From the IMG/VR virus record IMGVR_UViG_3300042521_003679: 20,000 nt of DNA; one strand, 5' to 3'. Positions 1 to 8,579 of this stretch are shown here, one piece after another. A program made the translations under genes and the position numbers. The notes beneath the pieces were generated by a model, which did no database searches, was not told where the DNA came from, and saw only the letters and a list, made by a program, of their open reading frames with translations. Source of the stretch: an uncultured virus (IMG/VR IMGVR_UViG_3300042521_003679) (Duplodnaviria; Heunggongvirae; Uroviricota; Caudoviricetes). The stretch's first letter is position 1. Every line of letters begins with the position of its first letter.

Positions 1-180
1 AAGAACCGCATGGTGTTCTACAAGCGCGATCCGCAGAAAGTGCAACTGCACATTCCGCAGCCGCTTGAGCTGTTCCCGCCTCAACAGCGTGGCCTGGAAT
101 TCATCGTTCCTGCTCATGCTCGCGTGGGTGGCGTGGCCCTCTACTATCCCAAGAGCGTCCTGTACTTGCAGGCTCCCTGA
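1..180 (+). CDS. Major capsid protein, C-terminal 59 aa (5'-truncated; DUF2184-like)
   Basis: Frame 1 is open from base 1 to TGA at 178-180: KNRMVFYKRDPQKVQLHIPQPLELFPPQQRGLEFIVPAHARVGGVALYYPKSVLYLQAP*. The P..Q.GL...VP...R.GGV..YYP pattern matches my recollection of DUF2184-type capsid C-termini. It lies directly upstream of head-tail genes. Confidence 0.85.
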   Translation, partial: KNRMVFYKRDPQKVQLHIPQPLELFPPQQRGLEFIVPAHARVGGVALYYPKSVLYLQAP

Positions 181-231
181 GGATAGGTAAGTGATGGGCG
201 TTAAGCTAATGAACAGTTCTTTTGAACACAA

Positions 232-618
232 ATGTTGATTGCTTATCGCCCTGAACTTGAAAATCCGCCGCGTGAGGGAGGGTTTGGCATTATCACTGAC
301 GCTGGCATGATTCAGCTCAGTCCTGGCGTTAACACTGATGTTCCTGAAACTAAGTGGGATATTGCCCGCAAAAATGGCACCGTCAAGCGGCTTATGGCCC
401 TTGGAGCCATTGAGGAAGTGAAGGAACAGGCTACGGTCCAGGAGATTCCCACGAGCATCGACACTCTCATCCAACTGCCACTTAACGAAGCGTTCCGTCT
501 GCTTGAAATCATGCATGACGAGGATCAGCTTCTGCAATGGAAAGGGAAAGAGGGTCGCGTGAGAATCAGAAATGCCATCAATAAGCGTCTGGAAAACATT
601 AAGGCGGGGAAGGTCTGA
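232..618 (+). CDS. Hypothetical phage protein following the capsid gene (128 aa)
   Basis: The ORF fills the gap between capsid and adaptor genes. Its helical C-terminus (EGRVRIRNAINKRLENIK) resembles small capsid-adjacent proteins. Function unknown. Confidence 0.75.
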   Translation: MLIAYRPELENPPREGGFGIITDAGMIQLSPGVNTDVPETKWDIARKNGTVKRLMALGAIEEVKEQATVQEIPTSIDTLIQLPLNEAFRLLEIMHDEDQLLQWKGKEGRVRIRNAINKRLENIKAGKV

Positions 619-620
619 TC

Positions 621-935
621 ATGGCCGTCACCTACGCTACTTTTCTAGATCGCTTCCCTGAGTTCACTCCCCACCCATCGGGAATTGTGAACGGAGCCCT
701 TGACGAAGCTGCAGCGGATGCCACCAGCGATGTGTTTGGCACTCAAACTGACAGAGCCGTCAAGCATCTCGCAGCTCACATTATTGCCATTCAACTTGCA
801 CAAATGGGCATTCAAATTGGTGCCACAGAAGGCAAAGTGTATGGCAATGGGCTCGAGGCCACGCAATATGGCCAAGAGTTCAAACGCATGCTTGATACCG
901 TCGCCGGATCTACCACAGTTGGTTTCGTCGTATGA
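621..935 (+). CDS. Head-tail adaptor/connector (DUF4054-like, 104 aa)
   Basis: N-terminal FLDRFPEF, central HLAAH and C-terminal ATQYGQEFKRM match the recalled DUF4054 pattern (F...FPEF ... T.YG..F). Position is just downstream of the capsid gene. Confidence 0.75.
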   Translation: MAVTYATFLDRFPEFTPHPSGIVNGALDEAAADATSDVFGTQTDRAVKHLAAHIIAIQLAQMGIQIGATEGKVYGNGLEATQYGQEFKRMLDTVAGSTTVGFVV

Positions 936-1321
936 GCAATGTCCTGTCGCCACTTGCTAATGCCACTTTGGTTTGGCAGGTGGCGTCTGGATACGTCACC
1001 GACTCAGGCACTGGCAATTACATCGCCATGGCCACTGGCATCACTTACTACGCTTCTCTTAAGCAAAAGAACAATCCTCGATTTGACTATTTGCTTGGGG
1101 CCGATGCCACTGCAGTGTATATGGAGGGCAAGCTAACCGGCCCCCTCACGCTTTCTGGAATTACACCTGGAAGCTCCGCTGCAGCAACGATCAATGGTAG
1201 AGAAGGGCGGTTTGAGCTGTTGCCGAACGAACAAATTGCTGAGCACTATTGGCAATTTCTTGGCACACCAATCAGAGGCATTTTTAGACTGGTTGGCAAA
1301 GGAAGCGTGCAGAACGTCTGA
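932..1321 (+). CDS. Putative head closure/stopper protein (129 aa)
   Basis: ATGA overlap with the adaptor gene. Size, beta-rich composition and gene order fit a head-closure protein. Function is inferred from position. Confidence 0.55.
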   Translation: MSNVLSPLANATLVWQVASGYVTDSGTGNYIAMATGITYYASLKQKNNPRFDYLLGADATAVYMEGKLTGPLTLSGITPGSSAAATINGREGRFELLPNEQIAEHYWQFLGTPIRGIFRLVGKGSVQNV

Positions 1322-1357
1322 CGCTTAACCATCTTCTTTCCCATTGAGGATTTTCTC

Positions 1358-1936
1358 ATGCTCTACCATCCGACTGAACTGGTTAAGAGCCAAGACGTTA
1401 TTGTGCGTGTTGGCTCGATTGCAGGCGTTGCCCGCCCTGTGATCACCCAGAGTGGCGCCACCTTCACTGTTAGCGGCGCTCCCACCCTTTATACGCTGCA
1501 GGCCGCTACGACGGCTTCTGTGGCCTTTAACGACGGCAACACGGAATTCTATCTGCTTGGCGGCGGCGGCTTCTCTGACAGTGTTATCGTCACCTCTCAG
1601 GCCACTGCTTCCGTCACTTCCTACTTCCAGAAGGACGTGGACGGCACTGTGTTCCTGCCCAATAGCTTTGACGAAGCCTTCCAAGTGATTAGCGCTTCGC
1701 GCTACGACAAGAACTCTGAAGTGTACGTTGAAATCAACAAGCAACTGGGCGCTTCCGGCACCACTTACTACTACGATCGCGTGGCTTACGTTGGTCGCGT
1801 GATGAATTACAACGAGAGCTATCCCGCTGACAACCTCGTTGAAGTTACGTTCGATCTGATCAGCCGTGGTCGCATCGGCATCCACCAGAACGCTGAAGAG
1901 ACCGGCAGCATCATCCCGAGCGCTCCCAACTCCTGA
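1358..1936 (+). CDS. Major tail tube protein (192 aa)
   Basis: GAGGA Shine-Dalgarno upstream, C-ending codon bias like the capsid gene (suggesting high expression), beta-rich sequence ending YVGRVMNYNESYPADNLVEVTFDLISRG typical of tube proteins, followed by a terminator. Confidence 0.75.
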   Translation: MLYHPTELVKSQDVIVRVGSIAGVARPVITQSGATFTVSGAPTLYTLQAATTASVAFNDGNTEFYLLGGGGFSDSVIVTSQATASVTSYFQKDVDGTVFLPNSFDEAFQVISASRYDKNSEVYVEINKQLGASGTTYYYDRVAYVGRVMNYNESYPADNLVEVTFDLISRGRIGIHQNAEETGSIIPSAPNS

Positions 1937-1963
1937 TCATTCTTTCTCCATTGTTTCTTTGCT

Positions 1964-1989
1964 AGCCTGCCTATACGGCAGGCTTTTTT
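1964..1989 (+). terminator. Rho-independent terminator after the tail tube gene
   Basis: Perfect 8-bp stem AGCCTGCC (1964-1971) / GGCAGGCT (1977-1984), 5-nt loop TATAC, followed by a T run to 1989. Confidence 0.75.
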
Positions 1990-1992
1990 ATT

Positions 1993-2400
1993 GTGAACAT
2001 TACTCAGTTTCGCGATACTATTGTCACCTTGCTTTCGGCTAGCCCCGACTTGATTGGCGAATACATCTTGCCGGATGCCACTGAAATTCCTGCGGTGTAT
2101 GTGGTGGGACAACAGGGCGTGCCTGCTGAATGGAAAGTGAAGGGGCTGGAAGTGACCATGAGGCAGTTCCCTGACTTGCGACCCGGTTCGCCGTTGGGAG
2201 GGACTGTCAAAGTAAATCAGCTTTGGGAGGTGATCTTGATGCAATACACGCCTTCTTCTGATACTCTTGCCTTGGCTATGGACAGAATGGTACGGAGATT
2301 TCCTGATGCCACGCCTAGATATTTTCCTGGCGATGACGTGGCTTATGAACGTTGCCGTTTTGTTGTGCCCGATCTCATTCTTCGCCCGTTAGCAGCATGA
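1993..2400 (+). CDS. Putative tail completion/terminator protein (135 aa, GTG start)
   Basis: Size and alpha/beta pattern (PAVYVV ... WEVILMQY ... LALAMDRMVRRF) are compatible with tail terminator proteins. Assignment is inferred from context. Confidence 0.5.
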   Translation: MNITQFRDTIVTLLSASPDLIGEYILPDATEIPAVYVVGQQGVPAEWKVKGLEVTMRQFPDLRPGSPLGGTVKVNQLWEVILMQYTPSSDTLALAMDRMVRRFPDATPRYFPGDDVAYERCRFVVPDLILRPLAA

Positions 2401-2858
2401 GCGCCGTTATTCTTGGTGGCACCATTGCCAATGCCGAAAAATTAGTCGCAAAACTTGTTGATGCTTTTGAGCAATGGGCAGAAGAGGACATCACTGGTGC
2501 TTATTGGGACGATCAGTTCAGGGAGATGGGGCGATGGCAGTACGATAGTGAAACTCGCAGGAAGAACGGCGAAACTGTTAGCTCTCCTCGAGACATTTAC
2601 GACCTGGGAGCGTTGTACGAAAGCGGCATTAACAGCTACAACTTTACCTTGTCCAAGAACCTAGCAACGGCGGATTGGAATTGGGACGCGACAAATAGTT
2701 CAGGGCAATACTATGCCTACTATGTCCACGAAGGTAAAGGCACCAATCGTACTGGTCGCCCATGGACAGAGGAACTGGCATTTGCGCAGAAATTTAAGGG
2801 CAGTACTCCCGAAATGGCATTACTGAAAAGGATAAAAGCTGCGCTGGGAACAAAATGA
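2397..2858 (+). CDS. HK97 gp10-like neck/tail completion protein (153 aa)
   Basis: The ATG at 2397 overlaps the upstream TGA (ATGA) and is preferred to the track's 2352 start. Motifs DLGALYES, YAYYVHEG and GRPW echo the D.G.L..S / YA..VE.G / RP pattern of HK97 gp10-like proteins. Confidence 0.65.
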   Translation: MSAVILGGTIANAEKLVAKLVDAFEQWAEEDITGAYWDDQFREMGRWQYDSETRRKNGETVSSPRDIYDLGALYESGINSYNFTLSKNLATADWNWDATNSSGQYYAYYVHEGKGTNRTGRPWTEELAFAQKFKGSTPEMALLKRIKAALGTK

Positions 2859-3118
2859 AAATTGACTACCTCCATAGCTCTGACTCTACGGTTCACGCAA
2901 TCAACAATGAAATAGAAGGAATGGCCTTGCAAGCGGGCGTGTTGTGCTTGATTTCCTGCAGGGAATCGACCATTAGAATTGCAGACGACAATCATTCGTT
3001 TCTGGTAGAAATTCCTAAGGAGTTTCGCTCAAGCCATGAACGGGTGAAGGTATTCAATGCCCTGTTAAACATTCTTGATCATGAGCAAATACAGCTTCCT
3101 TCTGCAAACCAAGGCTGA
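2855..3118 (+). CDS. Hypothetical protein (87 aa)
   Basis: ATGA-coupled to the upstream gene. It overlaps the chaperone gene start by 38 nt. No recognisable motif. Confidence 0.65.
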   Translation: MKIDYLHSSDSTVHAINNEIEGMALQAGVLCLISCRESTIRIADDNHSFLVEIPKEFRSSHERVKVFNALLNILDHEQIQLPSANQG

Positions 3119-3629
3119 AGACTATTTTCAACTGACGCCTGAGATTCGCCTGAAGAAATACAATGGCTGGCTCGTGGCTGAAGCCATTGAACAGGAGGAG
3201 ATCAGTAAGCTTCAAAGCCAAGCGACCATTCGTGCCGTGCAATTGGCCAAGCGTATCGCCACGAGCAAAGACATTCCTCTCGACGAGGCATTTGCGCTGC
3301 TGCAAGGCGGTGGTTCTATCACCGAAGCAGAGTTGCTTGCTGACTTCACTGACGAAACCATGGCCATGATTACCAGCGGCACGTCCGTTGAGGCCACGAA
3401 TGCTCGCATGGTAACGGCCTTCGTGCGCTCACGAGGTCAAGGTATGATTGATGGCGAATGGACTGATCTAGGCGACTGGGAGCTGGACGACACTAAGGGG
3501 CTGCCTCGCGCTGCCATTGCCAAAGTGGTTGAGTTCATTGCTGCTGAACAAGATGCGGAAGTCAAGGAGGCCGCTAACGCAGCAAAAAAAGCGAGGAGCA
3601 AGCCGCAGGGTCTATCGCAGAACAGTTAG
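3081..3629 (+). CDS. Tail assembly chaperone (lambda gpG analogue, 182 aa)
   Basis: ATG at 3081 (MSKYSF...). Acidic helical protein upstream of the tape measure gene, with a slippery GCA AAA AAA GCG near its 3' end. Confidence 0.75.
   Translation: MSKYSFLLQTKAEDYFQLTPEIRLKKYNGWLVAEAIEQEEISKLQSQATIRAVQLAKRIATSKDIPLDEAFALLQGGGSITEAELLADFTDETMAMITSGTSVEATNARMVTAFVRSRGQGMIDGEWTDLGDWELDDTKGLPRAAIAKVVEFIAAEQDAEVKEAANAAKKARSKPQGLSQNS
3584..3590 (+). promoter_or_regulatory. Programmed -1 ribosomal frameshift slippery heptamer A AAA AAA
   Basis: X XXY YYZ heptamer in the correct phase (codons GCA 3582, AAA 3585, AAA 3588), in the canonical position upstream of the tape measure gene. Confidence 0.75.
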
Positions 3630-4057
3630 AAGACCAAGCCAGGAAATTCCTGAAGGCGCTTACCAATTGGAACGACATCTACTTTCGTCTTTCGGCGTCT
3701 GATTATAAGGACGATAGATGGCATGCGGACCAATTTGGGAAGCAGCCAATTCGCGACGTGAAGGCAGCGCTCAAGTATCTTGAGAAGCATGATATTGCAA
3801 AGTACAACATAGAAAGCGTTGCCATCGCCAAACTTGGGACGATGGTGGCGGGAATGATGGCGGGCAAAAAGAGTACTGTCAAGGCAGAGCATTTCCTGCC
3901 GTTCGACACCAAAGCCATTAAAAAAGAGGACGGCATCACTGATGCCACCCTGATTGTTATGCAGCGTCTTATAAAAACGCGACGCATGGACGGCAGAGTG
4001 ATCGCGCTGTTGGCCGACGAATTAAAAGCGTTTGCTGGACGAAACAAGGAAGAATGA
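3590..4057 (+). CDS. -1 frameshift extension of the tail assembly chaperone (lambda gpT analogue; fusion about 325 aa)
   Basis: The -1 frame is open from just after TAA 3575-3577 to TGA 4055-4057. It reads SEEQAAGSIAEQLEDQARKFLKALTNWNDIYFRLSASDYKDDRWHADQFGKQPIRDVKAALKYLEKHD... and is in frame with track ORF 3758..4057. Confidence 0.8.
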   Translation, partial: SEEQAAGSIAEQLEDQARKFLKALTNWNDIYFRLSASDYKDDRWHADQFGKQPIRDVKAALKYLEKHDIAKYNIESVAIAKLGTMVAGMMAGKKSTVKAEHFLPFDTKAIKKEDGITDATLIVMQRLIKTRRMDGRVIALLADELKAFAGRNKEE

Positions 4058-4060
4058 TTA

Positions 4061-4066
4061 TAGAAT
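4061..4066 (+). promoter_or_regulatory. Putative -10 element TAGAAT upstream of the tape measure gene
   Basis: The same hexamer occurs at 13286 and 14707 in short intergenic gaps, 26-29 nt before start codons. Confidence 0.45.
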
Positions 4067-4095
4067 TAAGAAACTAGAGACGCTGGCGTAAAATC

Positions 4096-7000
4096 GTGGC
4101 ACAAGACGCACAACTTCTGCTGAAAGTAGGTCTTGATCTGTCCACATTTAGGAATCAACTGGCAACGCTTGGGCAAGCAGCGGCTGGGTATAATTTACCA
4201 ATCAAGATTAAATTTGATCGCATTGCCGTACAGAATGAATTAAATGCTCTTGGCGTAAATATTAAAAGGCGAACTTACAAGCTTGAAGTTGCAACAAATA
4301 TTAAGGCTGAAACTGAAAACGCAAAGGTTTTAGCCAAGGCGCTCGCAGAGCTAGGAAAAGCTGGTCAGCAGATAAGAGGGGTGGCAGGTCGCGCTGCCAC
4401 TGGCGCCGAAGCAAGTACTGTGGACGCCGCCAAGTTTCAGGCGATGGTCAATAGGGCGACTAAGCCCGCACTGGAAGCCCTTTACCAAGGCATGGCAAAG
4501 GCGAAAATCCCTATGGGGGAAGTGGGAGGTCGCACTGTTGACGAATTGAAAAAATCTATCATCAGCGGCATTCCTGGTCTTACGCAGGATATTGCCAGCG
4601 GAATGACAAAGGGTCTCGAGGGACTTAAAGAAAGCGGACGCAAGGGTGCAAAATTCGTCATCGATTCTTTCAAGGACGCCGCAGGTATCGCTTCTCCTTC
4701 TAAGGTTTTCAAGCAACTTGGCCAATTTAGCGCTGAAGGCTTGGAGGACGGGTTTCTTGAAGGCTTGAGGGACTTCAAAGGCAAAGCCGTTTCTGAAATT
4801 AGAAAAATTGTTGCGTTAATGCGCATGGAACTAGCAACGCTCGGCGGCGCTGCTAGCAGTGCCGTGGCTGTTGCTGGCGGCGGCGTTCGAGGGGCCGGCA
4901 GGGGCGGCACACAATACATGAGCCCCATTGGGCCGCTGCCACATGGCAGCCGAGAGCCATGGGCCTATAACCAAGGCGCGTATAGGCATGAACCTTATAT
5001 GGCACAGCCAGGGCAGTTTCGGGGCGCTGGCATTCAATCCATGGTATCGCGCTATCCTTTTGCGCCCATGCCAGGAGTGAGAGCTACGACCGAACTGCCA
5101 AGCATGTTTGGAATGGCAAGACCAGCGCTGCCTGCTGCTGGTATGAGCAGTGCTGCTGGTATGAGGCAAGCGGAATTGTTTGCTCGCGAGGCGGCTGCAC
5201 GCGCACGATCTGCCGAGAGAAATGCGGCAGTCATGAGGGAAAGCGTTATCGCATCTCGCGTGTCTGGGCAAGTACCTTTGGGTCGAGGTGGGTTTCCACA
5301 GCTTCCAAGTGGCGCTGGAGGGGCGCTTGCTTTGCGAGGTGTTGGAGGGGGCGGCGGTAATGGTGGCACGGGCGGCGGAGGTGGCTTTGGGGGATTTGGT
5401 GGTCTTGGCGGGTCCATGGGCGGTCTTAATTTGCCGGGGAGCGGTCTCATTCGCGAACTAGGAGCCGAGTTTGCTTTTGCGACTAAGCAAGTGCTTTTGT
5501 TTGGACAAGCTTACAAACTGCTTGGTTTTGCACAGGATTTCCCCGCACAGGTGGGACAGGCAGTCGCGCAATTGCAAAATTTTAATAACACACTGAAGGC
5601 CATTTCTCCCACTAGCCAGGAAGTTGTTGCGTCTAATCAGCTAATTGTTGACTTGGTTGAAAGATACAACATTCCCCTGCAATCGGCTCGGGACGGGTTC
5701 ACAAAATTATACGCTTCAATGCAGCCCGCAGGCTTTAGCGGAGACCAGGTTAGAGGGCTTTTCACTGGTATTAGCAAGGCTGCGGCTACATTTGGCATGA
5801 GTGCAGATAAAGTAGATCGGGTGAATTATGCCTTTGCTCAAATGGCTAGCAAGGGTCAAGTGATGAGCGAAGAACTAAAAGGACAGTTGGGTGACGTGTT
5901 GCCAGGCGCTATGGCAATCTTTGCTCAAGCCGCTGGCTTTAAGGGACCCGAAGCGATCACTAAATTTTCGGAAGCGCTAGAAGACGGTCGCTATAAAGGC
6001 ACTGCAATGATGGAGCTTCTTAATAATGTGAGCGTCGTGCTTAATGAAAAATTTAGCGCTGGCGCAGAGGGTGCCGCCAAGACGTTCCAAGGTGCCATCA
6101 ATAACATGCAAACTTCCATAAAAGGTTTGTATGAAAGTTTTGAACCCATCGCTACGGCTTTTTTGAACGGCGTTGTTTCTCCAATGATGGCCGGTATCAA
6201 AGTAGTGACAGATGGATTAAATGCGTTCTTCAGTGGCACGCAAACTAAGACTGCGGGTGGTTTTGCATTGGCTCAAGCATTGGAGCAGTTGCGCCCAAGC
6301 TTTGAAGGTATCAGGCAAAATGCAACGCAAATTGCTGAAGTGCTGGGTCAATTCGCAAAGGCCGCACTTGGCGTGGCGCAAGTTTTATTGCAAATTGCTG
6401 GCAATCCCGTTGTCGGCTATTTTGCCAAAGTGTACTTAAACGTTCTTGTCTTAACAACTGCTATTCAGCTATTGAACTTGCGAGCATTGATTCCGATGAT
6501 CGCAAATCTCATTCGATCCGCTGCCGCATTAATTGGTTTTGCCGTTCAATGCGCTCGAGCTGGACAGTCCGCTCAGGCAATGGGGCTTATGGCCCAAACA
6601 GCGGGATTAACTCTGAGAACGTTCTTTGCAAGCACAGGTGTTGGCTTGGTGGTGGTAGGCATTGGCTTGCTCATTGAGCGATTTATGACCATGAATCAAG
6701 CGCTGGCAGATACTAGAGCCAAGGCTCTTGGCGCCGCTCAAGCTATTCGTGCCATGTCGGCCACGGAGGCAAGGCAGGCAGGATTTCAGGCGGCACGGGA
6801 TGTTAAATTGCTGCAGCAATTGTCTCAGCAAGAGCAAGTTGGAGGGGTGTTTGGTCGCAAATTCTTAACTCCCAACAAAGAGCAGCAAGCCGCTCTGCAA
6901 AGGGCTGGTGTGACCACTCAAACCATTTACAACAAAAAACAGGGATATGGTGTAACGCAAGGTGCGCGAATTGAGGACCTAGCAGGGGCTATTCAGGCTC

Positions 7001-8577
7001 GTCAAGGGATTTTGCGAGAAGCTCAATTTAGGGAGCGTCAAGTCAAGTTTGAAGAACAACAAGCCACAAAACCTTTATCTTTTGCTGAAATCAAAGGTGG
7101 AGGAGGCGAAAGCGGCGCGAAGGAGGCCGCCAAAGGTGGAGCCGACAAGGCCGCCAAAGAGGCGGCTCGCCTGGCCGAGGAAATTGCCCGTCAAGCAATG
7201 GCAGCATCCGACGCGCTGTTTTCAGAGCGGCAGCGCTTGCTGATTTTACAGCAAAGCAATCCCATCGCTAAAGCCTTCGCTCAATACACCAGTCAAGAGC
7301 TGGTAATTCAACGTGAACTAAATCAGGCCCTTAAAGACGCTAAGGGAGAAAAGGAAAAAGCAGATCTTCGCGAAACGGCTCGGCTCAAGCAATCGGCCAA
7401 TGCGCTTGAACTGGAACAAGAAATGAAACGTGCGCGAGAAGACGCACTTGCACCCATTGAAGATCTTCTCAAGAGCCAGCGAGAGCAGTTGCGCTACGAA
7501 AAGGATGTGAAAGACTTGTTGCAACAGGGGATGCTTCCCGAGCGTGCCAAGCAAGTGGCCGAGGTGCGCAAACTTGTCCGCACGCAATTAGAAAGCCTTG
7601 ACTTGTCAATCAAAAATGCACGAGCGGCAATTACAGAAGCGGAAGCCAGGGGAGCATCTGCGGATCAAATAGAGCGACTTAAGAAGGCGCTGGAGGATTT
7701 AGAAAAGGCTCGCGGCGGCATCGAGGGCAACGGTAAGGAAGCAGAAGCTGGAGTGCCACCATCCAAGGAAGCAAAATCCCCCCTTGACTACATCAAAGAA
7801 GGTGCTGCTAGCGCCCAGGAGGAACTTGCCAAGCTCACAAACTGGGGCTATCAAGCAGTAGAAGCTGGAAAGGCAATCGGCAGCGCATTTGGAACGGCGT
7901 TCAAAGATTTGATTTCCGGCTCGGCATCGGCGCAAGAAGCGCTGGCCAGCATGATGCAAAGCATCGCGGATCACTTCCTTGACATGGCTGCGCAAATCAT
8001 TGCCCAGCAAATCACAATGATGATTTATGGGATCATCTTGAAAGCCTTGGGCGTAATGGGGGGTGTTGCGTCTGGACTGTCAGGCGCAGGAGCTTTGACC
8101 CCCGGCGCTGGAGCTACAGCCTCACTTCCAACAAGCTATGCAGGAGTCACAGGTGGCACTGCTGGACTCGGCAGTATTGGAGCTGGTGGTGGATTCGGAT
8201 CTTTCTCCATGTTTGGATTTGCAAATGGTGGCATTGTCACGGGTCCCACTCTCGGTCTTGTGGGCGAAGGCAAATATAACGAAGCAATCGTTCCCTTGCC
8301 TGATGGCCGCTCTATTCCCGTGCAAATGCAGGGCGAAAGCATTCGCGACAAAATGGGCAGCGACATGTCAGGAGCTGGAGCATCGCCAATGCTTTCCATG
8401 AGCTTCCAAACTACTACCATCAATGGCGTGGAATACGTTGACAGGGCTCAGTTGGAAGCCGCCATGGCGGAAACTCGTAGAATATCGGTGAGAGAAGGCG
8501 CTACTCGCGGAGCAACAATTGCTCTTGACAAGCTTGCCAATTCTCCTTCTTCTCGTCGTCGCGTTGGTCTTCGTTAA
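4096..8577 (+). CDS. Tail tape measure protein (1493 aa, GTG start)
   Basis: Long Ala/Gly-rich helical ORF after the chaperone. It has the tape-measure domain motif AFAQMASKGQVMSEELKGQLGDVLPG, a GIASPSKVF motif, coiled-coil and hydrophobic segments, and the typical C-terminal FANGGIVTGPTLGLVGEG..EAIVPL. Confidence 0.93.
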   Translation: MAQDAQLLLKVGLDLSTFRNQLATLGQAAAGYNLPIKIKFDRIAVQNELNALGVNIKRRTYKLEVATNIKAETENAKVLAKALAELGKAGQQIRGVAGRAATGAEASTVDAAKFQAMVNRATKPALEALYQGMAKAKIPMGEVGGRTVDELKKSIISGIPGLTQDIASGMTKGLEGLKESGRKGAKFVIDSFKDAAGIASPSKVFKQLGQFSAEGLEDGFLEGLRDFKGKAVSEIRKIVALMRMELATLGGAASSAVAVAGGGVRGAGRGGTQYMSPIGPLPHGSREPWAYNQGAYRHEPYMAQPGQFRGAGIQSMVSRYPFAPMPGVRATTELPSMFGMARPALPAAGMSSAAGMRQAELFAREAAARARSAERNAAVMRESVIASRVSGQVPLGRGGFPQLPSGAGGALALRGVGGGGGNGGTGGGGGFGGFGGLGGSMGGLNLPGSGLIRELGAEFAFATKQVLLFGQAYKLLGFAQDFPAQVGQAVAQLQNFNNTLKAISPTSQEVVASNQLIVDLVERYNIPLQSARDGFTKLYASMQPAGFSGDQVRGLFTGISKAAATFGMSADKVDRVNYAFAQMASKGQVMSEELKGQLGDVLPGAMAIFAQAAGFKGPEAITKFSEALEDGRYKGTAMMELLNNVSVVLNEKFSAGAEGAAKTFQGAINNMQTSIKGLYESFEPIATAFLNGVVSPMMAGIKVVTDGLNAFFSGTQTKTAGGFALAQALEQLRPSFEGIRQNATQIAEVLGQFAKAALGVAQVLLQIAGNPVVGYFAKVYLNVLVLTTAIQLLNLRALIPMIANLIRSAAALIGFAVQCARAGQSAQAMGLMAQTAGLTLRTFFASTGVGLVVVGIGLLIERFMTMNQALADTRAKALGAAQAIRAMSATEARQAGFQAARDVKLLQQLSQQEQVGGVFGRKFLTPNKEQQAALQRAGVTTQTIYNKKQGYGVTQGARIEDLAGAIQARQGILREAQFRERQVKFEEQQATKPLSFAEIKGGGGESGAKEAAKGGADKAAKEAARLAEEIARQAMAASDALFSERQRLLILQQSNPIAKAFAQYTSQELVIQRELNQALKDAKGEKEKADLRETARLKQSANALELEQEMKRAREDALAPIEDLLKSQREQLRYEKDVKDLLQQGMLPERAKQVAEVRKLVRTQLESLDLSIKNARAAITEAEARGASADQIERLKKALEDLEKARGGIEGNGKEAEAGVPPSKEAKSPLDYIKEGAASAQEELAKLTNWGYQAVEAGKAIGSAFGTAFKDLISGSASAQEALASMMQSIADHFLDMAAQIIAQQITMMIYGIILKALGVMGGVASGLSGAGALTPGAGATASLPTSYAGVTGGTAGLGSIGAGGGFGSFSMFGFANGGIVTGPTLGLVGEGKYNEAIVPLPDGRSIPVQMQGESIRDKMGSDMSGAGASPMLSMSFQTTTINGVEYVDRAQLEAAMAETRRISVREGATRGATIALDKLANSPSSRRRVGLR

Positions 8578-8579
8578 TC

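Noticed and set aside
178..231. Capsid stop readthrough or frameshift extension
   Set aside because: The TGA at 178-180 is followed by an in-frame TAG at 184-186, and I saw no slippery sequence.
2352..2396. Track start at 2352 for the gp10-like gene
   Set aside because: It would overlap the upstream gene by 49 nt. The ATG at 2397 gives a standard ATGA coupling.
3758..4057. Independent 99-aa gene starting at GTG 3758
   Set aside because: The frame is open and protein-like back to 3578 and is joined by a slippery heptamer, so it is better explained as the frameshift extension.
5341..5425. G-rich tract as a G-quadruplex or regulatory repeat
   Set aside because: It is explained by poly-Gly codons within the tape measure gene, with no independent evidence of a nucleic-acid role.
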